Shown here piece after piece: positions 19,250 to 28,852 of a DNA stretch of 64,000 nt; position 1 is the stretch's first letter; each line of letters starts with the position of its first letter. The DNA lies in the NCBI GenBank assembly GCA_023229435.1, contig JALNZF010000013.1, positions 10,433 to 74,432 on the forward strand. Reading direction: 5' to 3'. The position numbers were made by a program, and so were the translations under genes. This DNA is from Nitrospirota bacterium. GTDB lineage: Bacteria; Nitrospirota; UBA9217. The notes beneath the pieces were generated by a model. The model had not been told where the DNA came from. It saw only the letters and a list, made by a program, of their open reading frames with translations, and did not search any database.

Positions 19250-20008
19250 CTATTTCTTGGGCCCAGCTTCCTTCTTCGGAGCAGCCTCTTTTGCACCTTC
19301 TTTGGCTCCTTCTTTGCCTTTTGCTTCAGCGCCCGACGCGGCCGCAGCCTCTTCTTCCTTCTTTGTCTTCTTGACGAGCTCGGGCTCAGCGCCCTCCGCT
19401 GCCACAGCCGGGGTCGCGGTAAGCATTTCCTCAAGCTTGGCCTCCGAGATCGGCGGTTGGATCGTCGCCACGGTCGAGTCAAGATCGGTCAGGATCTTTA
19501 CACCTTCAGGCGCCTTGATATCTCTCACATGGAGCGACTCGTTCACCTTGAGGTGCTCGATATTGACATCGATAAAATCCGGGATATGTGCCGGGAGGCA
19601 CTCGATCTCGAGATCACGCTGGCCATACTGGAAGATACCGCCTTCCTTCACCCCGATGGAATTCCCGGAAATGTGCACTGCCACCTGGATCTTCACCTTC
19701 TGGTTCATGGCGACTTCCATGAGATCGAGATGGATGAGCTTGCCGCTTATGGGGTCAACCTGGTAGTCCTTGATCAGGGCCAGCTTCATCCCCGCGCCTT
19801 TTCCTCCCTCAAGCTTGAGATTGATAAGCGCATGCGCTCCGCCCTCGGTGTTAAGGACCTTCGAGACATCCTTATTGACCATCACGATGGGCGTGGACTT
19901 GCCGTGGCTGTAGAGGACCGCCGGAACCTGTGCGTCCCTCCGCAATCCCCGGGCAGCTCCCTTGCCCACCTTTTCCCTGACTTGCGCTGTTAATGCTATT
20001 TTATCCAT
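19250..20008 (-). CDS. rplY: 50S ribosomal protein L25/Ctc
   Basis: GKGAARGLRR..VPAVLY, HLDL, Ctc C-terminal domain. Confidence 0.95.
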   Translation of the reverse strand: MDKIALTAQVREKVGKGAARGLRRDAQVPAVLYSHGKSTPIVMVNKDVSKVLNTEGGAHALINLKLEGGKGAGMKLALIKDYQVDPISGKLIHLDLMEVAMNQKVKIQVAVHISGNSIGVKEGGIFQYGQRDLEIECLPAHIPDFIDVNIEHLKVNESLHVRDIKAPEGVKILTDLDSTVATIQPPISEAKLEEMLTATPAVAAEGAEPELVKKTKKEEEAAAASGAEAKGKEGAKEGAKEAAPKKEAGPKK

Positions 20009-20143
20009 TTCTCCTCCGATTCAATTTATGAAGCATTATACATGACTACCGAATAAGCACTGATGAATATTCTTCGGCTGACCACAGGACCATCTCCGAT
20101 TCCCTGAAGGTATCCGTGTTCACCAGTGGTTTCTCTCTTCCGT

Positions 20144-21103
20144 TTATACGAACAACGAGCTGAGCGATGTTTCCTCGTGAATCCTCGTGATGGCATCGGC
20201 AAGAAGCTGCGCAACGGAAAGCACCGTCAACTTTCTGCATTCCTGTTGCTTGGTGTCCAGAGCGATCGTATTGGTCGTGATCAGCTCATCGAGCGAAGAA
20301 TCATTAATGCGCTTGATCGCCGGACCCGAGAGCACCGCGTGAGAACAGGCCGCGCTGATCATGCCCGCTCCATTCTCCTTAAGCGCGGCCGCGCCCTCGG
20401 TCAGGGTCCCGGCGGTGTCCACCATATCATCCAGCAGCAGGCAGTCGTGTCCGTTGACATCGCCGATAATGTGCATGACCTGCGCCTCGTTCGGTTTGTC
20501 CCGCCGCTTGTCGATGATCGCAAGCGCCGCATTGAGCCGCTTGGCGAACGCCCGCGCCCGCTCCACGCCGCCGGCGTCGGGAGAAACAACGGTCAGGTTG
20601 GTAAATTTCTTTGACCGGAGATACTCGAGGAGCACCGGTGCGGCAAACAGGTTGTCCACGGGGATATTGAAGAACCCCTGTATCTGGCCCGCATGCAGAT
20701 CCACCGTAAGGACCCGGTTCGCGCCCGCGGTCGTGATCAGATCGGCCACAAGCTTGGACGTAATAGGAACGCGGGGCTGCACTTTCCGGTCCTGCCGGCT
20801 GTACCCGTAATAAGGGAGCACCGCCGTGATGCGGGTTGCCGACGCCCGCTTGAGCGCATCGATCATGATCAGGAGTTCCATGAGATTCCGGTTCACCGGG
20901 CTCCCCGTGGGCTGCACGACGAAAACATCCATGCCGCGCACGTTGTCCACGATCTGGACATTGATCTCGCCGTCGCTGAAACGGCCTACCAGCGCGTTCC
21001 CGAGCGGAATGTCCATCTTCTGGCAGATCTCCTTTGCCAGCGCCAGGTTTGCGTTTCCCGAAAAGATCTTTATTTCCCGTGATCTCGCCTTCACTTCATT
21101 CAT
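20144..21103 (-). CDS. prs: Ribose-phosphate pyrophosphokinase
   Basis: [38 protein letters not shown]. Confidence 0.97.
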   Translation of the reverse strand: MNEVKARSREIKIFSGNANLALAKEICQKMDIPLGNALVGRFSDGEINVQIVDNVRGMDVFVVQPTGSPVNRNLMELLIMIDALKRASATRITAVLPYYGYSRQDRKVQPRVPITSKLVADLITTAGANRVLTVDLHAGQIQGFFNIPVDNLFAAPVLLEYLRSKKFTNLTVVSPDAGGVERARAFAKRLNAALAIIDKRRDKPNEAQVMHIIGDVNGHDCLLLDDMVDTAGTLTEGAAALKENGAGMISAACSHAVLSGPAIKRINDSSLDELITTNTIALDTKQQECRKLTVLSVAQLLADAITRIHEETSLSSLFV

Positions 21104-21119
21104 CCTCTTTTCCGAATAC

Positions 21120-21193
21120 TGGTTCGGGGACAGGGATTCGAACCCCGATAAAAGGCTTCAAAGGCCTCTGTCCTACCATTAGACGATCCCCGA
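21120..21193 (-). tRNA. tRNA-Gln (UUG)
   Basis: Cloverleaf TCGGGGA...GAGGC-CTTTGAA-GCCTT...GGTTCGAATCC...TCCCCGA-A-CCA. Confidence 0.95.
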
Positions 21194-21425
21194 TCGAAGG
21201 CCGACTCCGGGCCTGGCCGCGGGGCCGGATAACTTCCGATAAAGAACAACTGCGAAAACCAAATGATCCTGTTGCTGACGGCCCCTCTCCGTTCACAGAG
21301 ACTTTCAGCCGTAATAAGAGCGGGGCGCATTCTCTAACAGGGTAAATATCAAAATATCAAAGGATAGGCAGAGCCTATCCTCTCGTATCAGATGCAGAAT
21401 CGGCAAAACTCGTATCAGCAGCATA

Positions 21426-21728
21426 TTATTTCTCTTCAGGATCTTTTGGCTCCGGCTCCTGCTTCGTGGGCTTGGCCAGCTCGCGTTCGTATTCAGCAAG
21501 GACCTTCTTCTCGATCACCTGCCTGGTCTCGCTGTTCAGCGGATGGGCGATGTCCTTGAACGTTCCATCCTTCATCTTGCGGCTCGGCATGGCCACAAAC
21601 AATCCCGCGTTGCCGTTAATGACACGCAGGTCCCTGATCAGGAACACGCTGTCGATCGTTATGGTTGCATAGGCCTTGAGACGCTCTTCATTATTGACCG
21701 GGAAAACCCTCACCTCCGTGATTTCCAT
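21426..21728 (-). CDS. spoVG: SpoVG
   Basis: MEITEVRVFP, GLFVAMPSRK, FKDIAHPLN. Confidence 0.95.
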   Translation of the reverse strand: MEITEVRVFPVNNEERLKAYATITIDSVFLIRDLRVINGNAGLFVAMPSRKMKDGTFKDIAHPLNSETRQVIEKKVLAEYERELAKPTKQEPEPKDPEEK

Positions 21729-21792
21729 AGACTCCCCTTCACACTGAAGAATCGTGGCACACTGGTCGATCCCGACAACTTCCGTTATGCTG

Positions 21793-22671
21793 CTATCCCG
21801 AGCGTAATTCCGCAAACGGTGATGCGGTCAATGTTTCAACCGGATAGGACCTCCATCCCTCAGGGGAAAGTCTATCAGCGGCGACCCGGCATGCAGCAAC
21901 GGTCTCGAATATGCCGAACACCGTCGGCCCGCTCCCGCTCATGAGGGCACCCAAGGCCCCCTGGTCCAAAAGCGCATCTTTGATCTTGTTTATCACCGGG
22001 TGAACTACTGAGGTCACCTGCTCAAGGTCATTATGGAGCCCCAAGGCGATATTTCGGAGATTAAGCCTTGCAATTTTATTACAGTCGCCTTTTTTTGTCA
22101 ACCCCAAATTTAAGTTTTTGTAGACCCAGGCAGTGGAGGTCTCAAACCCCGGATTGACGAGCAGGACCGGGAAGTGCGGCAACGGTGTCAGCTCGGTGAG
22201 GATTTCTCCCCTCCCCCGCGCAAGGGCCGTCGGCCCGAAGAAAAAAAAGGGCACGTCCATGCCGATCCGGGCGCCGATCTCGGCCAGCCGGTCCCGGTCA
22301 AGTCCAATGCCGAGCAGCCTGTTCAAAGCCATGAGCACGGCTGCGGCATTGCCGCTCCCTCCGCCGAGCCCGGCCGCAACGGGTATGTTTTTTTTGATCT
22401 CGATCGCCAGGCCGGTCTCTTGGCCGGAGATCCTGAGTATTTCCAATGCCGCCTTCCAGGCAATGTTCTCCTCCCCGGATGGCACCGCATGGCTGTCACA
22501 GGACACGCTGACGCCCGATCCGCCGAGCGATACGGTCACCTCGTCGAAGAGCCCCACCATCTGCATCAGCATCTCAACGTCGTGGTACGCATCCGGTCTC
22601 CTGCCGAGCACGGACAGACAAAGGTTGATCTTAGCCGGAGAAAGGAGCGTTATTGTGTTAATGGTAGCCAT
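21793..22671 (-). CDS. ispE: 4-(cytidine 5'-diphospho)-2-C-methyl-D-erythritol kinase
   Basis: PAKINL, KNIPVAAGLGGGS, MSGSGPTVF. Confidence 0.96.
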   Translation of the reverse strand: MATINTITLLSPAKINLCLSVLGRRPDAYHDVEMLMQMVGLFDEVTVSLGGSGVSVSCDSHAVPSGEENIAWKAALEILRISGQETGLAIEIKKNIPVAAGLGGGSGNAAAVLMALNRLLGIGLDRDRLAEIGARIGMDVPFFFFGPTALARGRGEILTELTPLPHFPVLLVNPGFETSTAWVYKNLNLGLTKKGDCNKIARLNLRNIALGLHNDLEQVTSVVHPVINKIKDALLDQGALGALMSGSGPTVFGIFETVAACRVAADRLSPEGWRSYPVETLTASPFAELRSG

Positions 22672-22684
22672 AGAAATCAGTGCT

Positions 22685-22812
22685 CTAAAGTGACTAAAGT
22701 GAACTAAAATGCGCTAAAGTGAGAACTTCTAATCTTATTTTAGGCACTTTAGGCACTTTAGGCACTTTAGGCACTTTAGGCACTTTAGGCACTTTATGAA
22801 TTTTAGGCACTT
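22685..22812. repeat. 9-bp tandem repeat (TTTAGGCAC x6) opposed by CTAAAGTGA-type units
   Basis: Six exact units at 22739-22792; related element at ~35592-35696. Confidence 0.85.
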
Positions 22813-22823
22813 TTTTCCCCTCT

Positions 22824-23606
22824 CTACTTCTCCCGTTCCTCTATCCCCTGATCCGAAAGTGTAAAAACATCGTCAGCCACGGCCACATACATGTCCGCCT
22901 CGGTGTACTCGATCGTGATCGTCACGCCCTTCCCGGGACTCTCTATGACGATTGTCCTGGGCAGGAGAACATGCGATACTTCCTGCATGCGTTCATACCG
23001 TGTCCGGTACACCAGGGTATTCGATTGGTAGAGCTCCTGAACAGCGATCCTGAGCGCCGGCACCAAGTCTGATGAAGGAGGCAGCACGCGGATGCGCCGC
23101 ACCGTGTCCCCCTCAGGCAGTTCGATCACGCAGGCATTGTTCTGCGTGCAGAACACCCGTGCGTCCAAAGGCCGGGTGATCTCCGTGACCATGCCGGAGA
23201 GGATGGCGCAAAGGTCCTTTGCCTCCACGCTCATGCCAAGAAGTCTCTCTATCCCGGCCTGCCCGGGTCTCATGATCCTGTCGTCATCCTGCATGCGCAA
23301 CAACACGTCGTTGCCGTCCCATACGAGCGCGATGAAGGACTGCCCCAGGGGCCCGAAGGCTTCCACCCGGAGCCTGCGCTGGGCGTCGAGCACGATACCC
23401 ACGGTATCGAAAGAACGCTTCACCCCCCGCCTGACCACCTCAACGCTCGCGATCGCCTTAAGCCCGGTGAAGGCCTGACGCTGCTGTTCCAGCGCTTGGA
23501 CGAGCGGGCCGGCAGGGACCTCGGTGCCGGGGATCCCGGGTTTTTTCGGGAGACAGGAGAACAGGAACAAAACAACGATGAGGACGATGATCCGGCGGGT
23601 CTTCAC
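22824..23606 (-). CDS. LolB-like/DUF4292 lipoprotein
   Basis: Lipobox LFSC, LRVEAFGPLG; lies between the TPR gene and ispE, like lolB. Confidence 0.7.
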   Translation of the reverse strand: MKTRRIIVLIVVLFLFSCLPKKPGIPGTEVPAGPLVQALEQQRQAFTGLKAIASVEVVRRGVKRSFDTVGIVLDAQRRLRVEAFGPLGQSFIALVWDGNDVLLRMQDDDRIMRPGQAGIERLLGMSVEAKDLCAILSGMVTEITRPLDARVFCTQNNACVIELPEGDTVRRIRVLPPSSDLVPALRIAVQELYQSNTLVYRTRYERMQEVSHVLLPRTIVIESPGKGVTITIEYTEADMYVAVADDVFTLSDQGIEEREK

Positions 23607-25351
23607 TGCCTGCCCTTTTTCCTCGGCTTCACGTCCTTGAGCAGGTCATCGGGCTTGCCGAACCCCGCCTCCTTGAACTTCTCGCGGAGATTCTGGTTCT
23701 CGGGGTCAAGCTCCAGGGACTTGAGCCACTGCAGTCTGGCATTGTCCTTGTCGGCAAACTTCAGGTAAATATCACCATAGTGCTCGCGCATCACGGGGTC
23801 CTTCTCCACCTTCCCGACGGCTTCTCTCATGACCGCGAGCGCCTCGTTCAGCATGCCCTTCTGATAATAGGCCCAGGCGAGGCTGTCGAGGATGTAACCG
23901 CTGTCAGGTTTGATCAGGAGCGCGCGCTTGATAAGCCGTATCGACTCGTCGAGGTTCTCTCCTTTTTCGGCAAAGGAATAGCCGAGGTAGTTCAAGGCAT
24001 CCGCGTGGTCCGGCTTAAGCTCGATCGTTTTTTTAAGCGTAGCGATCATCTCTACGCGCTTACCCTGCTTTTCATAGGCAATTGCCAGACTGAACAGCAG
24101 ATCGTCCCGGTCCGGCGCCATCTGGAACCCCCTGATCAGCGTATCGACAGCTTGCTGGTATTTTTCGAGATCCATATACGCATTGGCCAGATACAGATAG
24201 AGCTCGGGCTTCCCGGGCTGTTCGGCGAGCGCCCTCTCCAGGAGCGGCACGGCGTCCGCGATCCTGCCCATCTGCGCATAAATATACGCGATCTGGAGGA
24301 CCGCGTCGGTGTCCTCGGGATCGGCTGACCGGAGGGACTGATATTCCGCGAGCGCCTCCGCATACCGTTCCACGGCCACCAGGGTGGAGGCGAGGTAACG
24401 CTTGACCCTTAGGTCCTTTGGCATTGCGCGCGAAACGACCAGGAATGCCTCCACCGCCTCTTCGTATTTTTTCTGCTCGGCATGGATGAGACCCATCTTG
24501 ACAAAGGCGTCATAGTTCCTGGGGTCCATGGCGGTCACCTGTTTCAATTGTTCCAATGCCTCGGGAAGCGAATTCTGCTGAATATAGAGCTGGGCAAGGT
24601 GCTGCTGGATCTCAAGGTTGTGGGGATTGATCCCGATGGCCTTCTTATATGCCTCAATGGCGTCGCCGACATTGTCCATCTGCTCATAGACGAACGCCAT
24701 GCCGATGAACGCGGGATCGAAGTCGTCCCGAATGGAGATCGCGCGCTGATATTCTGCCAGTGCTTCCTTATACATCTGCCGTTCCGTGTAGATCCGTCCG
24801 AGATAATACGGCGACATAAGCAGCGTTGGATTGATCTTATCGAGGGCATGAAACGTCTCCACGGCTTCGTCGTACCGCTTCAGAGACGCATACAGAGAAC
24901 CAAGGTACAGGTAGGAGTCCTCCTGCTGCGGATTGAGCGATATTACCTTGCGATAGACGGTCACCGCATCGTCGTATCTCTTTTTGCTCGTATAGATGTT
25001 GGCAAGGAGCATGAGCGGCTGCGGGTTGTCCGGTTGCAGTTCCGCCGCCTGCTGCGCATAACGGGTCGCCTTATCAAGTTGCCCCTTGCGAAGCGAGAGG
25101 GATGCGAGAGAGAGGGGGACTACGGCAGCTTTCGGATCCAGCCGGAACGCCTCCTCATATTCATTCATGGCAACATCGAACTCTCCATCCTCTTCAGAGA
25201 GCCTGCCGATGATAAAATGGTAATAGGCATCTGCTTGTGTGCGGACGCCGGACCCGATCTTCGCGGACGTGGTTTCAGGCATCCTGGCGGGAGACGTTGC
25301 GCAGGCACCAACGAAAAGAGAGAGCGACAGAAGTGCGAAGGTCTTTTTCAT
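23603..25351 (-). CDS. TPR-repeat lipoprotein
   Basis: Lipobox VGAC, many TPRs, ALNYLGY, ILDSLAWAYY, EHYGD. Confidence 0.9.
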   Translation of the reverse strand: MKKTFALLSLSLFVGACATSPARMPETTSAKIGSGVRTQADAYYHFIIGRLSEEDGEFDVAMNEYEEAFRLDPKAAVVPLSLASLSLRKGQLDKATRYAQQAAELQPDNPQPLMLLANIYTSKKRYDDAVTVYRKVISLNPQQEDSYLYLGSLYASLKRYDEAVETFHALDKINPTLLMSPYYLGRIYTERQMYKEALAEYQRAISIRDDFDPAFIGMAFVYEQMDNVGDAIEAYKKAIGINPHNLEIQQHLAQLYIQQNSLPEALEQLKQVTAMDPRNYDAFVKMGLIHAEQKKYEEAVEAFLVVSRAMPKDLRVKRYLASTLVAVERYAEALAEYQSLRSADPEDTDAVLQIAYIYAQMGRIADAVPLLERALAEQPGKPELYLYLANAYMDLEKYQQAVDTLIRGFQMAPDRDDLLFSLAIAYEKQGKRVEMIATLKKTIELKPDHADALNYLGYSFAEKGENLDESIRLIKRALLIKPDSGYILDSLAWAYYQKGMLNEALAVMREAVGKVEKDPVMREHYGDIYLKFADKDNARLQWLKSLELDPENQNLREKFKEAGFGKPDDLLKDVKPRKKGRQ

Positions 25352-25451
25352 GATCGTAAATCCCTGTGAACAACTGGTATGTGTCAAGGGAAACTCCGCA
25401 TTAATGGTAAATTGTACTGGTTTACTGATAAAGGCGAAACTAAAAGGCGTC

Positions 25452-25623
25452 TCTCGCAGAGGCGCAGAGCTCACAGAGAAAAGCGCAAAAAATGTTCTTG
25501 TTTAAAATAAATACAAAAAGGTTTGATTTAACTCTGCGAACTCTGCGGATGTCCTAAGTGGCCGCTTTTCTTTCATAGGCTACTGCGAGAAAATTTCCTG
25601 CCATTTTAGAAGAATTTGATTCC
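25452..25623. repeat. Dispersed palindromic repeat element, copy 1
   Basis: TCTCGCAGAGGCGCAGAG...CTCTGCGAACTCTGCG...TGCGAGAAAATTTC...AGAATTTGATTCC; shared with 29936-30110 and 58496-58626. Confidence 0.7.
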
Positions 25624-26396
25624 TATTCGTCCCTCTTCATGAGCCGCTTCACCTGTTCCAGGCTCGTCTCAATACCGTCTTTATCGTGCACTTCAACCGT
25701 AAGAACAGTTGATGGAGCCTGGGCGTTCAAAAGGCCGAAGAATTTTTCAAAATCGATGTTCCCCCGTCCCAAGGCCCAATGCGAGTCGGCCTTCCCATCG
25801 TTGTCGTGCAGATGGACCTCCACCAGGCGGCGTCCGAGAGACTCGAACCATTGCTCCATCGTGACTTTGGAAAATAGATTGAAATGGCCGGTGTCAAAAC
25901 AGAACCCGAAGTCCGGGCTGTCGATCTTCTCGATAAGCATCTGCAGCGCTTCCGGCTCTTCATCGAACACGTTTTCGACAGCAACACGCAGTCCGATCTT
26001 CGTTGCCGAGTCCATTACCTTTTGCCAGGTATCCATGCTGTTCTCGAGCCAGATGTCCTTCCGTCCACTGTAACGCCACCGGTCATAGGCGCCGTGGAAA
26101 ACGGCGGCGCGCGGCTTGAGAATGGCCGCCACGGCCAGGATCTGCCGGAAACGCACCTGGGTAACCGACCGCACCATCGGGTCCATGGCGCCGGGGTTCA
26201 TGTCCATGAACGGCGCGTGGAGCGTAAGCTTTGGATTCCAGTCAAGTCGTTCGATCAGTTTCTCGAGGTCCTGCTTTTCGATCTGGTCGAGGACCGCGCC
26301 GGAAAAATAGATCTCGAGGTCATAGCGGCGTTTGCGCAGCATCTCGAGATAATCCTTCAGCAGCGGAAAAGGCATCTGGATATGGATGGGTTCCAT
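25623..26396 (-). CDS. Sugar phosphate isomerase/epimerase (AP_endonuc_2 TIM barrel)
   Basis: LHAPF, AVENV, FCFDTGH, VHLHDNDG..DSH. Confidence 0.88.
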   Translation of the reverse strand: MEPIHIQMPFPLLKDYLEMLRKRRYDLEIYFSGAVLDQIEKQDLEKLIERLDWNPKLTLHAPFMDMNPGAMDPMVRSVTQVRFRQILAVAAILKPRAAVFHGAYDRWRYSGRKDIWLENSMDTWQKVMDSATKIGLRVAVENVFDEEPEALQMLIEKIDSPDFGFCFDTGHFNLFSKVTMEQWFESLGRRLVEVHLHDNDGKADSHWALGRGNIDFEKFFGLLNAQAPSTVLTVEVHDKDGIETSLEQVKRLMKRDE

Positions 26397-26402
26397 CAGG
26401 AA

Positions 26403-26690
26403 TCAGCCTTTGGACGGACAGGTACCTGGACAGGTGCCCGCAGCGCAACTGGTTGCCGGCTTTGCCTCCTCTTTGGGTTTCTCCGAAGCACTTCCCTCTT
26501 TTCGGGCATTCGACGGATAATCCGTCACATACCAGCCGCTCCCCTTAAGCACGAACGCCGGCGTAGAAAGCACCTTGCGGACATTCGCGGCTTTGCACAA
26601 CGGGCATACGGAAAGGTCTGGATCGCTGAATTTCCGGACAGCCTCAAAGCGGCCCCCGCAGCTTCCGCACTCGTATTCATAAACAGGCAT
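26403..26690 (-). CDS. FmdB-family zinc-ribbon protein
   Basis: MPVYEYECGSCG...CPLC...LKGSGWYVTDY. Confidence 0.9.
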   Translation of the reverse strand: MPVYEYECGSCGGRFEAVRKFSDPDLSVCPLCKAANVRKVLSTPAFVLKGSGWYVTDYPSNARKEGSASEKPKEEAKPATSCAAGTCPGTCPSKG

Positions 26691-26828
26691 ACTACACCTC
26701 CATTAGAACATGCATTATAAACAATGGGGCCAATAAAAACAAGAGTTTTCGTATGCCGGGCAGGCTCCGGCCCCTGAATGTGTTCCCTGAGGATGGCAAA
26801 AAGATTATTTCGTGATAAGATTATACCT

Positions 26829-28220
26829 ATGATAATCGTCAAGCCTTGCTTTTTGTTCTTTCTGTTCGCATCCATCCTGGGCTTCAGCAGTGGATGTGCG
26901 ACCTTGCCGGACGTCTCTGAAGTCATTGATGACACGCCGATTGCGCAAAAACCTCGTCAAATCGTTTCATCCAAGGGACTGTTATCTCCCCGTCAAAGCA
27001 AGGCGATCATGGACCGGCTGAAGCGATCGGTCGACCCGACGGACATTCTGCAACGCCACACTGCCGTGGTGGAATCGGTCACTGAAAGCCCGCTGACGAA
27101 GGGAAATAAGGTCACCCTGATCGCCGATGGCAAGGCAACCTATGCCGCAATGTTCAAAGCGATACGGAATGCCAAAAACCATATCAACCTTGAAAGCTAT
27201 ATCATTGAAGATGATGAAACAGGCCATACATTTGCCGACCTGTTGCTGCAAAAACAGGCGGAAGGTGTCCAGGTAAATATCCTGTATGACAGCGTGGGCA
27301 GTATGTATACTCCCGCTTCTTTTTTCCAGCGCCTGCGCGACAACGGAATTCAGGTTGTCGGGTTCAATCCTACAAATCCACTGGAGCTTCAGGAGAAATG
27401 GGGACTGACACACCGGGACCACCGCAAGATTTTGATCGTTGACGGCAACGTTGCCATTATCGGGGGCATCAACATCAGCAAGGTTTATTCGAGCGGTCCT
27501 CTCAAACGGAAACGAAACGAAAAGGCGCCGATTCACTGGCGCGACACAGACATTCACATTGAAGGCCCGTCCGTGGCTGAATTACAGAAGCTCTTTTTTG
27601 ACACCTGGCTGAAACAGAAGGGACCGAAACTTTCCGGACGGAATTATTTCCCTGATCTGAAAGAAGCGGGCAATGCCCTGGTGCGGGTTATCGGCAGCAC
27701 CCCGGGAGAAACCAACAGGATACCTTTTATCGTGTATGTGTCGGTCATCGGTTTCGCAGAGCATTCGATCCACATGACGAATTCCTATTTTATCCCTGAC
27801 GACCAGATCGTAAAAGCCCTTGCTGATGCCGCTGAGCGCGGTGTTGACGTAAAGATCATTCTCCCCGGGATCACCGATTCTCAGTTCACGTTATATGCGC
27901 AGAGGCATCATTATTCCAGTCTTTTGAGATCGGGAGTGAAGATATACGAGCACAGTACTTCCCTGCTGCACGCGAAAACCGCGGTGGTTGACCAGGTTTG
28001 GTCAACGGTCGGCTCAACCAACATGGACTTCTTGAGCTTATTGAACAATGACGAGGTGAATGCGATTATCCTGAGTCACGATTTTGCCGTCGAAATGGAG
28101 CAGATGTTTGTCAGTGACCTTGCGGATTCCAGGCAGATCCAATGGGATGAGTGGAAAAAAAGACCTGTCTTCCCGAGGATTGGGGAGTGGTTTGTGCATT
28201 TATTCGTCCGATGGTTGTAG
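26829..28220 (+). CDS. cls: Cardiolipin synthase (PLD family)
   Basis: Two HKD motifs: HRKILIVD and HAKTAVVD. Confidence 0.9.
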   Translation: MIIVKPCFLFFLFASILGFSSGCATLPDVSEVIDDTPIAQKPRQIVSSKGLLSPRQSKAIMDRLKRSVDPTDILQRHTAVVESVTESPLTKGNKVTLIADGKATYAAMFKAIRNAKNHINLESYIIEDDETGHTFADLLLQKQAEGVQVNILYDSVGSMYTPASFFQRLRDNGIQVVGFNPTNPLELQEKWGLTHRDHRKILIVDGNVAIIGGINISKVYSSGPLKRKRNEKAPIHWRDTDIHIEGPSVAELQKLFFDTWLKQKGPKLSGRNYFPDLKEAGNALVRVIGSTPGETNRIPFIVYVSVIGFAEHSIHMTNSYFIPDDQIVKALADAAERGVDVKIILPGITDSQFTLYAQRHHYSSLLRSGVKIYEHSTSLLHAKTAVVDQVWSTVGSTNMDFLSLLNNDEVNAIILSHDFAVEMEQMFVSDLADSRQIQWDEWKKRPVFPRIGEWFVHLFVRWL

Positions 28221-28267
28221 CAATTCGTCCATGCCAGTAACGATCGACGGGGAATGTCAACCGTAAA

Positions 28268-28411
28268 CAGGGTGTTGAAAAACGCTCCGTTTACTCCTTC
28301 GACAATGCTTCGACAGGCTCAGCAGAGCACTCAGGGTGAACGGAGCGGGTACTGATATTATTCGTAGATATTGCGCCTGTCGAACCGCAAAAAGACTTTT
28401 TCAGCAGCCTG
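28268..28411. mobile_element. MITE with CAGG(C/G)TG(C/T)TGAAAAA-type TIRs and 4-bp TSD (TAAA)
   Basis: CAGGGTGTTGAAAAA...TTTTTCAGCAGCCTG flanked by TAAA; sister copy at 50346-50476. Confidence 0.7.
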
Positions 28412-28441
28412 TAAAGGTCTGGCCCTGATATGCTCTCTGCT

Positions 28442-28726
28442 CTAAGAGATTCCCGGCGCTGTATCGGTCAATCCCCCTCCGGAACGTCCTCCAACAATCA
28501 GGAACCGCTCCCGGATGATCCTCATGAACCGCGGCGTATAGATGAGCTCGAACACGTCATCCTTGCCCGGGAAAAGGTTTCGCGCGGCCTGCCGTGTGTT
28601 CTGCAGGATGTCGAACGATTCCCGAATCGTCAGGTCCGTCTGCTGCATGAGTATTGCCTGGTTAAGGTCCACGACGAACCGCAACATCCGCAGTCTTCTC
28701 TCTTCTTCCTGCAATGCCTCGTTCAT
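28442..28726 (-). CDS. Hypothetical protein
   Basis: RBS AAGGA; LFPGKDDVFELIYTPRFMRIIRERF; coding-like composition. Confidence 0.65.
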   Translation of the reverse strand: MNEALQEEERRLRMLRFVVDLNQAILMQQTDLTIRESFDILQNTRQAARNLFPGKDDVFELIYTPRFMRIIRERFLIVGGRSGGGLTDTAPGIS

Positions 28727-28852
28727 ATGCCATCCTTGAACATGCCTTATCTGTCTGCGGCATGATACTGCGATGTTGTTCTTTTTTCAAGAGCAGGGGC
28801 GGAGACATTTGTGGCGGTTGATTCAGGGTTCAAAGTTCAGGGTTCGGGAGGG

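Noticed and set aside
21426..21728. spoVG as evidence of sporulation
   Set aside because: SpoVG next to ispE/prs is known in non-sporulating lineages
22739..22792. Tandem repeats as a CRISPR array
   Set aside because: 9-bp units with no spacers, and no cas genes in the window
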